A stretch of 64,000 nt of DNA from Mobula hypostoma (lineage: Eukaryota), in assembly GCF_963921235.1 (NCBI RefSeq), contig NC_086108.1, positions 105,278,001 to 105,342,000 of the forward strand. Direction: 5' to 3'. Under the pieces are notes generated by a model, which was not told the origin of the DNA, ran no database searches, and was given only the letters and a program-made list of their open reading frames with translations. Positions 23,706 to 36,699 of the stretch are shown here, piece after piece; positions within the stretch are counted from its first letter, which is position 1; the number at the start of each line of letters is the position of its first letter. The position numbers and the translations under genes are program-made.

Positions 23706-26484
23706 TTTATGGTGACCTATATGTACTTTGATAATAAATTTACTTTGAACTTTGACTCTGATTCTAATTCTGTTTCTGATTCTGATTCCTAAATGCAGAG
23801 AAAGGCCAGTTCTTTTTTTAAAAATCTTCTGGACTCTCTTCCAGGGATTGCCATTGTTGGGTGAGAGATCTTACACTTGTGACCGTGTGAGAGATATTCA
23901 TGGCACTTCACAACAAGTTGTGGAGTAAGGCAAACTAAAATCTATTCTCTAGCTTTCTTTGTCAGTTACATTTCATCCCTGTGTTTACTATCCGACTACA
24001 CTGTTAATTCTCTCAAAACCATTGCAATACAGATTCAAAAGCTGACTTATGCTTGTAATTTCCTTTGTCACCAGTTGAGGGCAGTGTGATGTCAAACCAC
24101 AGCAATCTGGAGGCATAATATATCTTCTGCATCACTCTTTTCTATATTGCCTGCACTAATTAAAGACTTACCACTTAACTGATGTTAAGAAGCCATGAGC
24201 AGGTGTTTTTTTTTCTGTGGGAGTGTGGCAGTAGTATTCTCATTAAGTAGTGGTGATTTTCTGACTATGCCGTTTAGCTGACAATTCTTAGACAGTCAAT
24301 CACATGGCAAGAAAGTGCTTGACAGATCTGCAAAAAAAAAACTGCTTTGGAATGAAAAAACAAGCTGGAATTGTTGGGGTTTACAAGAGCCTGAAAATAC
24401 ATACTAGTTGCTTCTACCCTGCTGTTGTAAGACTTTGAATGGTCTCCTAGTAAAATAAGTTATACTCTTAGCCTCACAATACATCTTGTTATGATCTTGC
24501 ACTTTATAGTTTACCTGTACTGCACTTTCTCTGAGATGGTCACATTTTGTTCAGCATTCTGCTTTCTTTTTTATCTTGCACTACTTCAGTGCACTGTGTA
24601 ATGCATCGAACTGTATGAACAGTACGAACAACAAATTTTCACACAAAATGCTGGAGGAGCTCGGCAAGTCAGGCAGCATCTATGGAGAGGATTAAACAGC
24701 GGACATTTTGAGCCAAAGCCCTTCATCAGCACTGGAAAGGAAGCGGGAGGAAGCCAGAACTTGGGATGGGGTGGGGGAGGAGGGAGAGTACAAGTTCAAA
24801 GTTCAATGTTCAAAGTAAATTTATTATCAAAGTACATATATGTCACAACCCTGAGATTTGTTTTCTCAGTAAATCCAATAACCATAATAGAATCAATGAA
24901 AAACTGTACCAACAGGGTGGACAACCAGTGTGCAAAAGACAAAACTGTCCAAACACAAAAGAAAAATTAAGAAATAATAATAATAAATAAAAAAAATCAA
25001 GAACTTGAGATGAAGAGTCTTTGCAAGTGAATCCATAGGTTGTTGGAGCAGTTCACTGATAGGACAAGTGAAATTGAGTGAAGTTATCCCCTCTGGTTCA
25101 GGAGCCTGATGGTTTATGGGGTAATAACTGCTCCTGAACCTGGTGGTGTGAATCCTGAGGCTGCTGTACCTTCTTCCTGATGGCAGCAGCAAGAAGAGAG
25201 CATGACCTAGGTGGTGGGAGATGGATCCTGCTTTCCCGTGACAAGGCTCCGTGTAGATGTGCTCAATGGTGGGGAGGGCTTTACCTGTGATGGACTAGAC
25301 CATATCCACTACTTTTTCCGTTCAAGGACATTGGTGTTTCCATACCAGACAGTGATGCAGTCAGTCAATACACTCTCCACTACACAACTATAGATGTTAG
25401 TTTAAAAACACAAACACGAGGAAATCTGCAGATGCTGGAATTTCAAGCAACACACATAAAAATTGCTGGTGAACGCAGCAGGCCAGGCACCTTTTCTAGG
25501 ATGAGGTACAGTCGATGTTTCAGGCCCTCTTCCTAGAGATGCTGCATTCACCAGCAATTTTTATGTGTGTTGCTATAGATATTAGTCAAAGTTTTAGATA
25601 GGGAATAATCTCATTTTTACCCCTGCCCCCATACTTATTTTACTGTAACCCCTATTGCCATCAATTCCCTTTCAACTAATTTGCAGCTTGGTACCTCTCA
25701 GACAAGCTGGATATGGAAGTCATTGGGAATATCTAAAGAGGAGGTTGATAGGTTCTTGATTAGCAAGGGTGTCAAAGGTTACGGGGAGAAAGCAGGAGAA
25801 TGGGGTTGAGAGGGACAATAAATGAGCCATGATGAAATGGCAGAGAAGACTTGATGGGCTCATTAGCCTAATTCTGCTCTTATGTCTAATGGTCTTATGG
25901 AAGTGGAAAACTCAAAATATTCTGCAGATGCTGGGGTCTCCATCTGTTCGTTTCCACGGATGCTGCCCGACCTGTTGAGTTCCTCCAGCATTTTGTGCAT
26001 GTTGCTTATGGAAATGGAATTAAGAATTGGGACTGGTTTGTTATTGTCACATGCGCCGAGATACGTGAAAAGCCTGTCTTGCAAACTGTTCGTACAGATC
26101 AAATCATTACACAGTGCATTGAGGTAAGACAAGTTAAAACAGTGACAATGCAGAATAAAGTGTAACAACTGTCGAGCAAGTGTACATTGTGAGGTCAAGA
26201 CTCCAATTTATCATACTATGGAACTACTTAATAGTCTGATAAGAGTGGGGTAGATGCTGTCCTTGACCCTGATGATACATGGCTTTGGATTTTGGTATCT
26301 TCTGCCTGATGGAAGAGGGGTAAAGAGAATGTCTGAGGAGGGTGGTATCTTTGATAATGTTGGCTACTATACTGAGGTAGAGAGAAGTGCAGACAGAGTC
26401 CATGGAGGGGAGGCTGATTTTTGTGATCTGCTGAGCTATGATCTGCAGTTTCTTATGGTCATGTTAGAACAGTGCCTTCTTTCA

Positions 26485-27720
26485 TAGGAGCAGAATTAGG
26501 CCATTTGACCCATCCAGTCTGCTCCGCTATTCCATCACGTTTGATATATTAACACCCTCAACTCCATTCTTCTGCCTTCTCCCTGTAAACTTTGAGGCCC
26601 TGACTAATCAAGAACCTATCAACCTCCACTTTAATTGTACTCAATAACTTGGCACCTACAACCATCTGTGGCAATTAATTCAACAGATTCACCATACTCT
26701 GGATACTTTAGTCTGAGGCTGTGCATTCTGGACCTTGACTCACCCACTATAGGAAACATCCTCTTTACATCCACTCTATCTCTGCCTTTAAATATTCGAT
26801 AGGTTTCAATGAGATCCTCCTCTTATTCTTCTAAACTCCAGCAAGTACAGGCCTCAAGTACTCAAACAGTCCTCATACATTAACCCTTTCATTCCTGGAA
26901 TCACTCTCGTGAACCACCTCTGGACCCTTGCCAATGCCAGCACATATTTTCTTAGATAAGGGGCCCAAAACTGCTCGCAATACATGTGTGGTCTAATCAA
27001 TGCCTTTTAAAGCCTCAGCATTACATATTTGCTCTTATGTTTGTTCTAGTCCTCTCAAAATGATTACTGACATTGCATTTGCCTTCCTTACCACTGACTC
27101 AACCGGTAAGTTAACCTTTCGGGAATCATGAGGATTCCCAAGTCCCTTTGCGTCTCTGATTTTTGAATCTTCTCCCCATTTAGAAGATAGACTATACCTT
27201 TATTCCTTCTACCAATGTGCATGACCATAGACTTCCCTCCACTATATTCTATCTGCCACTTTTTTGCCTATTCTCCCAATCTATTTGTATTTCTGCAGAC
27301 TCCCAGCTTCCTCAACACTATCTGCCCCTCCACTTATCTTTGTAGCACCTTCAGACATGGCCACAAAGCTACTAATTCCTTCATCCAAACCATTGACATA
27401 TGAAGTAAAAATAAGTGGTCCCAACACTGACCCCTGCAGCAATGACCTCTGCCGTCACCCTTGCTAGTGTTCCCTTCCAAACAACGTCAGCCAGCTCCTC
27501 CTCATTCCTCTTTAATTCCGCTTACTCCATTGTAATACTGATACATCTGACTTTAGCTTCTCCCTCTCAAATTGCAGGGCGAAGTCTATCACTTACCCCT
27601 AAGGGTTCTTTTTCCTTAAGATGCCAAATCAAATTCAGTTCATTACACAACATTCAATCCAGAAGAGCCTTCCGTCTAGTGGACTCAACTACAAGCTGCT
27701 CTAAAAAGTCATCTCATATG
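26485..27720 (-). mobile_element. Degenerate CR1 LINE fragments
   Basis: Reverse complement resembles the CR1 ORF2/3' UTR at 41300-42420. Confidence 0.7.
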
Positions 27721-27769
27721 CTCCCTCTTGGAATTCACATCAATGAGTCTTATTTCTCATATACTGTAC

Positions 27770-28621
27770 AATAACCTGTAATAATATCAATCTTTCCTCA
27801 TGTTATTAAAGTTGTTTGAAATGAACAAGCAAAATGTGTACAATTTTTGCTTCTCCAGCTGTCCAGGATTTGAACATATTTTACCATATGTTCATTAATG
27901 TACTGAACTGAATTCTATAAATAGAGGTATTCATTTTAACAGCTAGCAAGACACTGTCAATAAGAACTTTGATCTTCTCTGGGTTTGATCGTTTTCGTTC
28001 TCATTCATCTGCACTCTCACAAAACATACCTAGCAGGCCTGTAGCAGGTAATGAAGGATTTTCTCACCAGAGCTTTTGCACGCTATCCATTTGTAATTTC
28101 CTTGCTAAACGACGCTTTAAAAAGTCAAGTTTCCAAATACTTTTCCACTTCTTCCCACTTGCAAATTCTTCAGCAGATTTTGCATTATGATTATACATGC
28201 AGGTAACACCAGTTTCTGTATTGTACATAGCTGCACATTCCTGACCTCATGAGCTTTCAGTGTAGCAGTTTGCACTGTTTCATTGAGCGATTCTGCTTTA
28301 AATGAACTAGCAGTTCTTTTGCACTTCACGTCCTTTGCTTCTTTGGAATTCAACATAACGAATCAATAATTTCTTCAATAAAAACAGCATAAATAAGCCA
28401 GTTCTAAAATCTGCAGACAAATCGTCACAAGCTCCACACTGTCAACACTGTCCACATCAGAAACTGGAAAAGGAAATGTGATTGTGTACGATCATGAAAT
28501 ATACTGAACCTGCCAATGAGATAGAGGGTGACAACCTTTTCTGTGCAGATTTAATTCCTTTGTGCGTTAGTAGCAAAAGATGTGTGCACGTACAGCCAAG
28601 CACACATTAGAGTGAACACTG
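27770..28621 (-). mobile_element. Probable hAT transposon remnant
   Basis: Frameshifted minus-strand peptide ...FASGKKWKSIWKLDFLKRRLARK... recalls the N-terminus of ZNF862-like hAT transposases; candidate terminus CAGTGTTCACTCTAA at 28621. Confidence 0.4.
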
Positions 28622-29179
28622 ACCATGACTCAATGATGCCCATAATGTTGTACCTGCAATCTCCAATTGCGCTACAAGATCACCTACCTTATTTTGTATT
28701 CTGCATGCATTCCAGTGTAACACCTTCAGTTCTGTATTTGACACTCTTTTTGATTTTGGCCCCCTGTTAGACTTCAAATCATTTCACTGACTACAAATTT
28801 GCCCTGTTGTCTGCCTGTCCTTCCTTACAGTCTCACCACACACTGTATCTGTCTACCAACTGCCCCGTCCTCAGCGTTATCACTCTGGTTCCAATTCCCC
28901 TGCCAAATTAGTGGCCATACTGAGCCAAGATATATGCAGGTAGGATGTTTTCTATGGTGCATCAGTTAACCTACTGGTCCATGTGTCCTTCAGATGTGGG
29001 AGGAATCTTGACCGCCTGGAGGAAACTGAAATAGCGTGCAAACTCCATATAGACAGCACAGGAGTTCAGGACTGAGCCCCAATCATTGTGGCTGTTAGGC
29101 AACAGCATTGCCTGTTTATCCACTGAACAATGTCTCACAATCAACTATAGTTTCCATGTAGCTGTACTACCCAAAGAAG

Positions 29180-29580
29180 GGTATCTGAGCCTTTATGAGG
29201 CATTGGTCAGACCACACTGGAGTATTATAAACAGTTTGTTCCCCTTACCTAAGAAAAGATGTGCTCTCATTGGAGAGGGTCCAGAAGAGGTTCACAAGAA
29301 TGATCCTGGGAATGAAAGGGTTAATCAATGGGGAGTGTTTAATGGCTCTGGGCCTGTACTTGCTGGAGCTCAGAGGAATGAGCGGAGATCTCATTGAAAC
29401 CAATCGAACATTGAAAGGCCTGGATAGAATGAATGTGGAGAGGATGTTTTCTATAGTGGGGGAGTTTAGGACTAGAGGACACAGCTTCAGAATAGAGGGA
29501 CTTCCATTTAGAACAGAGATGAAGAGGAATTTATTTAGCCAGAGAATGGTGAATCTGTGGAATTCATTGCCACAAGTGAC
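29180..29580 (+). mobile_element. CR1 LINE fragment
   Basis: LERVQKRFTRM...GDLIET...RTRGHS...FSQRMVNLWNSLP. Confidence 0.85.
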
Positions 29581-30690
29581 TGGTCTAAGGTGGCGCTTGT
29601 GAAGCTTCTGTCTGGTGGCCAATGAAACAAAGAAAACAACTAAATACTTTATTTATCACATATTTTCTGGTAAACGCTCGCCGCAAACAATGGCCTGTAA
29701 CTCCCCATTTGCTTGAAGGTGATTTGATGTGGCAGAACTGAGGCAAGGTGAGGCAGTGGTCACGTTGCCTGGAGCGAGGAAAGACCCAAGTTTCAATTGA
29801 TTTAAGCACCAGGCCGAATTGAAAAGGTTGGGTACAGGCCAAATCGAGGCAGCGGGGTCCAGGCCCCAGAGCATATTGAAGCAACCGAAACCGATGTTTG
29901 TAGAGTCATTTAAGCATGAGGCCAGATTAAAAAGGTCGGGCCGTCAGGGCCTGAGGCGAGGGTCTGAGGGTCACTGAGTTGAAATGCGGATGGACTCTCT
30001 TTCTTGGGCTTCAGTTCCTTGCTAAATCCTTGCTTTTATTATTTGAATGATTTGGTTTTTTTCTCTCCACATCGGGTGTTGACGGTCTTTTTTTGAATGG
30101 GTTTCTTCATTTTGTGGCTGCCAGTTAGGCGGTGAATCTCACGGTTGTATAATGTATATATATTTTGATAATAAATGTACTTTGAACTTGTGGTGGCCAA
30201 GTATTTAAAGGGATAATTAATCAGCAATAATGGAATGGCAGAGCAAACTTGATTGGTCGAATGGCTTAATTGTGCTCCTACAGTATACATATTGGTCTTA
30301 TTTTCAACCTTTGCCTCAGAGAGAATGGCTGACCTCCTGACATGTTTCACAAATGAATACGAGTAAGATATCATGTTAAATCACAATTTCAATACACTAC
30401 AGCTTGTAAGAGAAATAAATTGCGCTTGAGACAGGATGTTAGGAATTTGTGGCAACAACAGAGGAACACTTAATGGAATTCTGATCATCGCTGTGTCAGT
30501 GAAATGAAGAAAGACAAGAGGCTCTTTAAGTAAGTTGAAGTGAAGGACATGATTGGACTATTTATTTCTTCTCATCTGTTCTGTTTTTCTCTTGGTCCAC
30601 ACTTGCCTTTATTGGTCAGGACACTGAGTACAGGAGTTAGAATGTCACGTAACAGTTTTACAAAATGTCAGGGAGATCATACTTTAAATA

Positions 30691-31267
30691 TACACTCAGT
30701 GACCTCCTGTACCTAACAGGGTGCCCACTGAGTGTATGTTTGTGGTCTCTTGCTGCTATAGCCCATCCTCTTCAAGGTTCAATGTGTTGTGGAGAGATGT
30801 TCTTCCGCACATCACTGTTGTAAGGCATGATTAGTTGAGTTACTGTTGCCTTTCTGTCAGCTTGAACCAGTCTGGCCATTCAACTCTGACCCCTCTCATT
30901 AACAAGCGGCACACACACAAAATGCTGGAGGAACTCAGCAGGCCAGGCAGCATCTACGGAAACTCTCATTCACAAGGTTTTTCTGTTTATCGCACCGTTC
31001 TCTGTAAACTCTAGAGACTGTTGTGTGTGAAAATCTCCAGAGATCAATAGTTCTGAGATACTCAAACCACTCCTGCCCGGCACTAACACTCATTCCACAG
31101 TCAAAGTCACAGAGATCACATTTCTTCCCCATTCTGATGTTTGGTCTGAACAACAACTGAACCTCTTGACCACGTCTGTATGCTTTTATGCCACATGATT
31201 GAGTGATTAGATATTTGCATTCATGAGCAGGAGTACAGGTGTGCCAATGCAGTGGCCCCCGAGTGTA
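30691..31267 (-). mobile_element. Internally deleted Tc1-like DNA transposon (second copy)
   Basis: RMGKKCDLCDFDCGM...FSHTTVSRVYRE; reverse-complement similarity to 18888-19475; tacactcagtg / gagtgta ends. Confidence 0.8.
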
Positions 31268-31389
31268 GTGTGTGCAGTTCCGATCACTGTACAACGTGAG
31301 GGGGGTGGGGGAGGGACCAAAGTAGAGAGGGTTCGGAAAATGTTCAGAGGGTGTTGCCCAGAGTATTGGTTTGTGTGATAAGGAAAGGA

Positions 31390-31780
31390 TCTCTACTGCC
31401 CATTACGAAGCTGCCATTTAGGGCAGCAATGGAAATCCTCCACCTCTGGCTTCTTCATCATGTCAGTAGCTCGGTTTACACTACTGTGAGCAACACAACC
31501 CCCGGCTGGAGACTCAGGAATACTGTGGCACTCAGATGCAGAAGGACTTGTCATTCCTGTTTCTGTAACAGATTTTTTTGACCAATAAGGGTTGTTAGCC
31601 CTGAGCTGAACTCCTGAACCTGGAGGATCGGTGAACCACTCTTAGTCTGGCCTCTGCCCTTTGACCTGTTTGGCAAGAGCCAAAGCATAAAGCCCTGACT
31701 CCAGTGAATGAACATATCTCTCTGGGTCATTGAGGTTTGCAAGCCTCCAAACCACAACAAGGTCGTGGTCCTCTGGAAGG
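31390..31780 (-). mobile_element. Probable non-autonomous RTE-derived element
   Basis: Minus-strand 3' end encodes RWRISIAAL, like an RTE C-terminus; the 5' part resembles an RTE UTR. Confidence 0.4.
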
Positions 31781-33254
31781 AAGGAAAGGATGGATAGGAT
31801 GGAACTTAGACTGAAATGTTGACTATTTTACTTCCCTCCACAGATGCTGGATGACTAGCTGATTTCCTCCTGCACTTCCTTGTGTGTTTCTAAAGGAAGG
31901 GACTGCGTCCCCTAGCGAAAAGGAGGCTGAGAGGTGATGTTAGGATCAGAATCAGAATCAGGTTTAGTATCACTGTCATTTGTCGTGAAATTTATTGTTA
32001 TGTGGCAGCTGTTCATTGCAATAAAAACTGTGAATTCCGGTAAAAGATATATATATATTAAAAAAATCGAATAAGCTGTGCAGAAAGAGAATAAATAGTG
32101 AGGTAGTGTTCATGGATTCAATGTCTGTTCAGAAAACTGATGGCAGAGGGGAAGAATCTATTCCTGAATCGTTGAGTGTGTGTCGTCAGGCTCCTGTACC
32201 TCCTTCCTGATGTTAGCAATGAGAAGAGGGCATGGGTGATGGGAGTTTTATTGATGAAGCTGCCTTTTTGAAGTGTTACAGATGTTTATGAAATCATGAG
32301 CCGGATAGATAAGGTGGGAGATCATCATCTTTTGTCCTGAGATACTAGAGGGAAACTAAAAGACATAGATTTCAGATGAGAAGAGTAAGATTTAAAGCAG
32401 ACCTGAGGGGCGAGTTGGAAACAGAAGAGGTTCTGCAGATGCTGGAAATCTTGAGCAACACATAGAAAATGCTAGAGGAACTTAACAGGTCAGGCAGTAG
32501 ACATGGAAGGAAATCAATAGTTGATGCTGTGAGCTGAAAGCATTCACCAGGAATTCATCAGGACTTTTTAATCAATCTTGATGAAGGGTCTGGGTCCGAA
32601 ACATCAACTGTTCATTCATCTCCATAGCTGCTGTCTGGCCTGCTGTGTACCCTAGCACTTAGTGTATGTTTTTGCACAGACAGGGAATCGTTCATATGTG
32701 GAACAAGCTGCCAGAGGAGATTCAAAGTTCAATGTAAATTTATTATCAAAGTACATACAGTATATGTCAACATTTACTGTACTGAGATTGATCGTTTTGT
32801 AGTAGAACAAAGAAATAAACTAAAACCAGTGAAAAGCTACACACAAAGAATGATAAACAACCAATGTGCAAAAGAAGACAAACTCTGCAAATACTGTAAA
32901 TAAACGAATAAAGAAATAATACTGAGAACATGAGTCATAGAGCTCAAGAGGTGCGGAGATGGTGATGATACCATAGATACAATCACGGTGTTTAAGCATT
33001 TGGACAGGTACATGGAGAGGAGATGTTTAGAGAAATATGGGTGAAATATGGGTGAAATGCAAGCAAGAACTTAGAACATTGCAGCAGTGAACAGGCTTTC
33101 AGCCTAGGATATCTTGCTGAACTTTTAACCTACTCTAAGATCTATCTAGCCCTTCCCATCCACATGGCCCTCCATTTTTCTATCATCCATGTGCCTATCC
33201 TAGAGTCTCTTAAATGTCCCTAATATACCTGCCTCTACCACCACCCCTGGCACT

Positions 33255-34170
33255 CGATGTACATGCCACTTTACTCTTACTCTGTATACTCATGACTGCC
33301 TCGCTACCCACAGCTCTAATCTTCTAATTAAATTTGCCGACGACACTACATTGATTAGCCTTATCTCAAACGATAACGAGGTGGCCTACGGGGATGAAGT
33401 CATCTCTCTGACACAGTGGTGTCAAGAAAACAGCCTCCCCCTCAATGTCGCAAAGACAAAGGAGCTAGTTGTGGATTACAGGAGGAATGGAGACGGGCTA
33501 ACCCCTATTGACATCAATGGATCTGGGGATGAGAGGGTGAACAGCTTCAAGTTCCTCAGCATCCACGTTGCCGAGGACCTCAAGTGGTCTGAACACACCA
33601 GCTGTGTGGTGAAAAAGGCACAACAGTGCTTCTTTCACCTCAGACGGTTGAGGAAGTTTGGAATGGGCCCCCAAATCCTAAAAAATTTCTGCAGGGGCAC
33701 AATTGAGAGCATCCTGACTGGCTGCATCACCGCCTGGTATGGGAACTGTACCTCTCTTAATTGCAGGGTTCTGCAGAGAGTGGTGCGGACAGCCCAGCAC
33801 ATCTGTAATTGTGAACTTCCCATCATTCAGGACATTTACAAAGACGGCTGTGTAAAATGGGTCCATAGGATCACTGGGGACCCGAGTCACACCAACCACA
33901 ATCTACTCCAGCTGCTACCGTCCGGGAAGCAGTATCGCAGCATAAAAGCCAGGACCAACAGGCTCCGGGACGGCTTCTTCCACCAGGCCATCAGACTGAT
34001 GAACTCACACTGATTTGAGTGTACTCTATGTTACATTGACCGTTCTATTTATTATAAATTATTATAAATTTCTATGATTGCACCTTGCACAACTTGAAGG
34101 AGTCGTAATGTTAAGGTTTTTACTCCTCATGTATGTGAATGGTGTAAGAAATTAAGTCAATTCAATTCAC
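33255..34170 (+). mobile_element. Rex1/Babar-like LINE, RT C-terminal part
   Basis: KFADDTT, LNVAKTKELVVDYRR, FKFLSIH, IESILTGCITAWYG, LPSGKQYRSI; (aattc)n tail. Confidence 0.9.
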
Positions 34171-34454
34171 TCTCTGCTGTCGATGATTAGCTCAGGTAGT
34201 CACCTTGGTCAGCATGGTTGAGTTGGGCCAAAGGGTCTGATTCCCATGTTACATTATTCTATATCTCACTGACCCTTTAATTACTAAAAAAAGATCAATT
34301 GATATTCTCTGCTGACTCATCGCCTCATACTGTCTTTTGTTTCACTACAGGTGGGAGTTCAAGATTCCCACAGTCCATTGTTTGACTGTGAACACAAATA
34401 GAATTAGGAATTAATCCTACCTTTTCTTAAACACTGGGAATGTACATATAAAGC

Positions 34455-35330
34455 CATAGAGTCTTAGAACACTATAGTACAGAATCAGGCTCTTTGGCCC
34501 ATCTAGTCCATGCCAGACTATTATGCTGACTAGTCCCATCAATCTGCACCTGGACGATAGACCTCCATAGTCCTCCATACCCCTCTTATCCATATTCCTG
34601 TCCAAATTTCTCTTAAATGTTAAAATTGAACCCACATCCACACTTTCCCTTGCAACTTGCTTCATACTCACCATCTTCTGAGTGAAAAAGCTCCACCCAT
34701 GTTCCCTTAAACATTTCACCCTTCACCCTTAACCCATGACCTCTAGCCGTAGTCTCACCCAACCTCAGTGGAAAAAGCCTGTATGCATTTCCCCTATTTA
34801 TATACCTCATAATTTATGTATATTTCTATCAAATCTCCCTTTATTCTCCTATTCCCCAGGGAATAAAGTCCTAAACTATTCAAATTTCCCTGTACCTCAG
34901 GTACTCAAGACCCAGCAACATCCTTCTGAATTTTCTCTGTCTCTTTCAATTTTGTTGTTATCTTTCCTGTAGATAAGTGAGCAGAACAGCGTACAATACT
35001 GCAAATTAGGCCTCACCAACATCTTATTCAAATTCAACATAACATTGCAACTCCTGCACTCAATATTTTGATTTATGAAGGCCAATGTGTGAAAATCTCT
35101 CTCCTTACGACCTTATCTACCCGTGATACCACTTTTAATAATTATGGATCTGTTCTTTCGCACTCCTCAGTGCCCTGCTGCTCACCATGCAAGTCCTATC
35201 CTAGTTGGTCCTCCCAAAGTGTCGCACTTTACACCTGTCTACATTAAATTCCATCTCCCATTTTTCAGCCCATTTTTCTGGCTGATCCAGATCCCGCTGT
35301 AACCTTTCGCGCCATTCACTGCGCCCCAAG
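34455..35330 (-). mobile_element. Degenerate CR1 LINE 3' portion
   Basis: MAFINQNIE...LVRPNLQYC; RLFPLR...RGHGLRVKG. Confidence 0.85.
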
Positions 35331-36699
35331 TTGTGGTCCTATCCATGACAGATTTGCACAGCATCAAAACATTTAAAATTTGCACAGCTTAAAGAAAATG
35401 AAACGAAATGTAAAAGAGCATTATAGTATTCTGCTGTCACAGTATTACAGGAATCCATCTTAATAATCCTTATCTCTCAAAACAATGCTCTCCTGTCAAC
35501 CCCTGCAGGAATTAATCTAACTTAATTTTTGCAAATATTAAACAAATTCATCTGATCATTCAAACTATGTTTGTTTGAATATTAAAACACCCCATTGCCT
35601 CCAATCACATTATTCATGTTTAACACACACACGCAAAAAAGGAATCTCAGCCTGTTTAGGACTAATATGACTCCTGACATTCAACATTTGCAATCATTTC
35701 ACCGTTGCTTTAGAATTTAAGACTCTTCTGGGACCGAGCCTACAAACATGCACCTATACTGAATCAATTTTGCATAGAAATTGTTATATTAAATACCCTG
35801 GTGCCTACTTTGTAAGAATCTTTTGACAGACAGGAAGCTGTAGTTGATTTAATGGTGCCCACCCGTCCTATAAAGAAAACAGTTGTCTACTCGGCACCAT
35901 TGATCTGATGGTGTCAGGCATGGATTGATTCCGGATCTGCTATATATTCTTCACAAGCTATCTTTGGGATTGATAACCTGCAGAATAAAGATAAAAAGTG
36001 TAACTGATTCATAGAAATATCCTACTTGCACGCCTTGACTTTAGATTAGGTCGATTAGCAACAACATTTGTGTTATAAACTTAACTCTGACCCGGGTCTG
36101 AGCGTGAGGAACGACCTGAAGTTTGAAAAACTTAAGCACCGGTCCAGACTGAAAAGGTCAGGGTGTCGGGGCCAAAAGCGAGGGACGGGTTGGTTCAGCT
36201 CGCTGTTTCTCGAGGTTTACTCATCTCTGCACTGAGCATCATTTCACTGGTCTGTGTTAGGGCACATTCTGGACTTAGCGTATATGTCAAAATATTAACT
36301 TCAGCAACCAATCTTTAGCCCTGAGCTTGGATTGCAGATTAAATTTAAAATGTAGCCCTGGGCAATATGTGCCCTGAGCAATTAATTGGAAAACCAGACG
36401 ACATTTATTTTGCGTGTCTGGAGAGTGGGTGCGAAGAAGGAGGTGTGAAAGTGATATGTAATTCAAAAGAAGCATTGTAGATGCATTGTAGGTATAGGAT
36501 TGTCCTTTGATGCAACCGTTCAGGATATTTTCTACAGTGATCTGAAGAAGTTTGTTATAAAAATATAAAGATTAGCTTTATTTATCACACATCAAAACAT
36601 ACAGTGAAATGTGTCATTTGCATAGACCGAATATGTGCTGGGGGCAGCTCACAAGTTTCACCATGTTATCTGGCACCAATATACCATGTTCACGACTGC

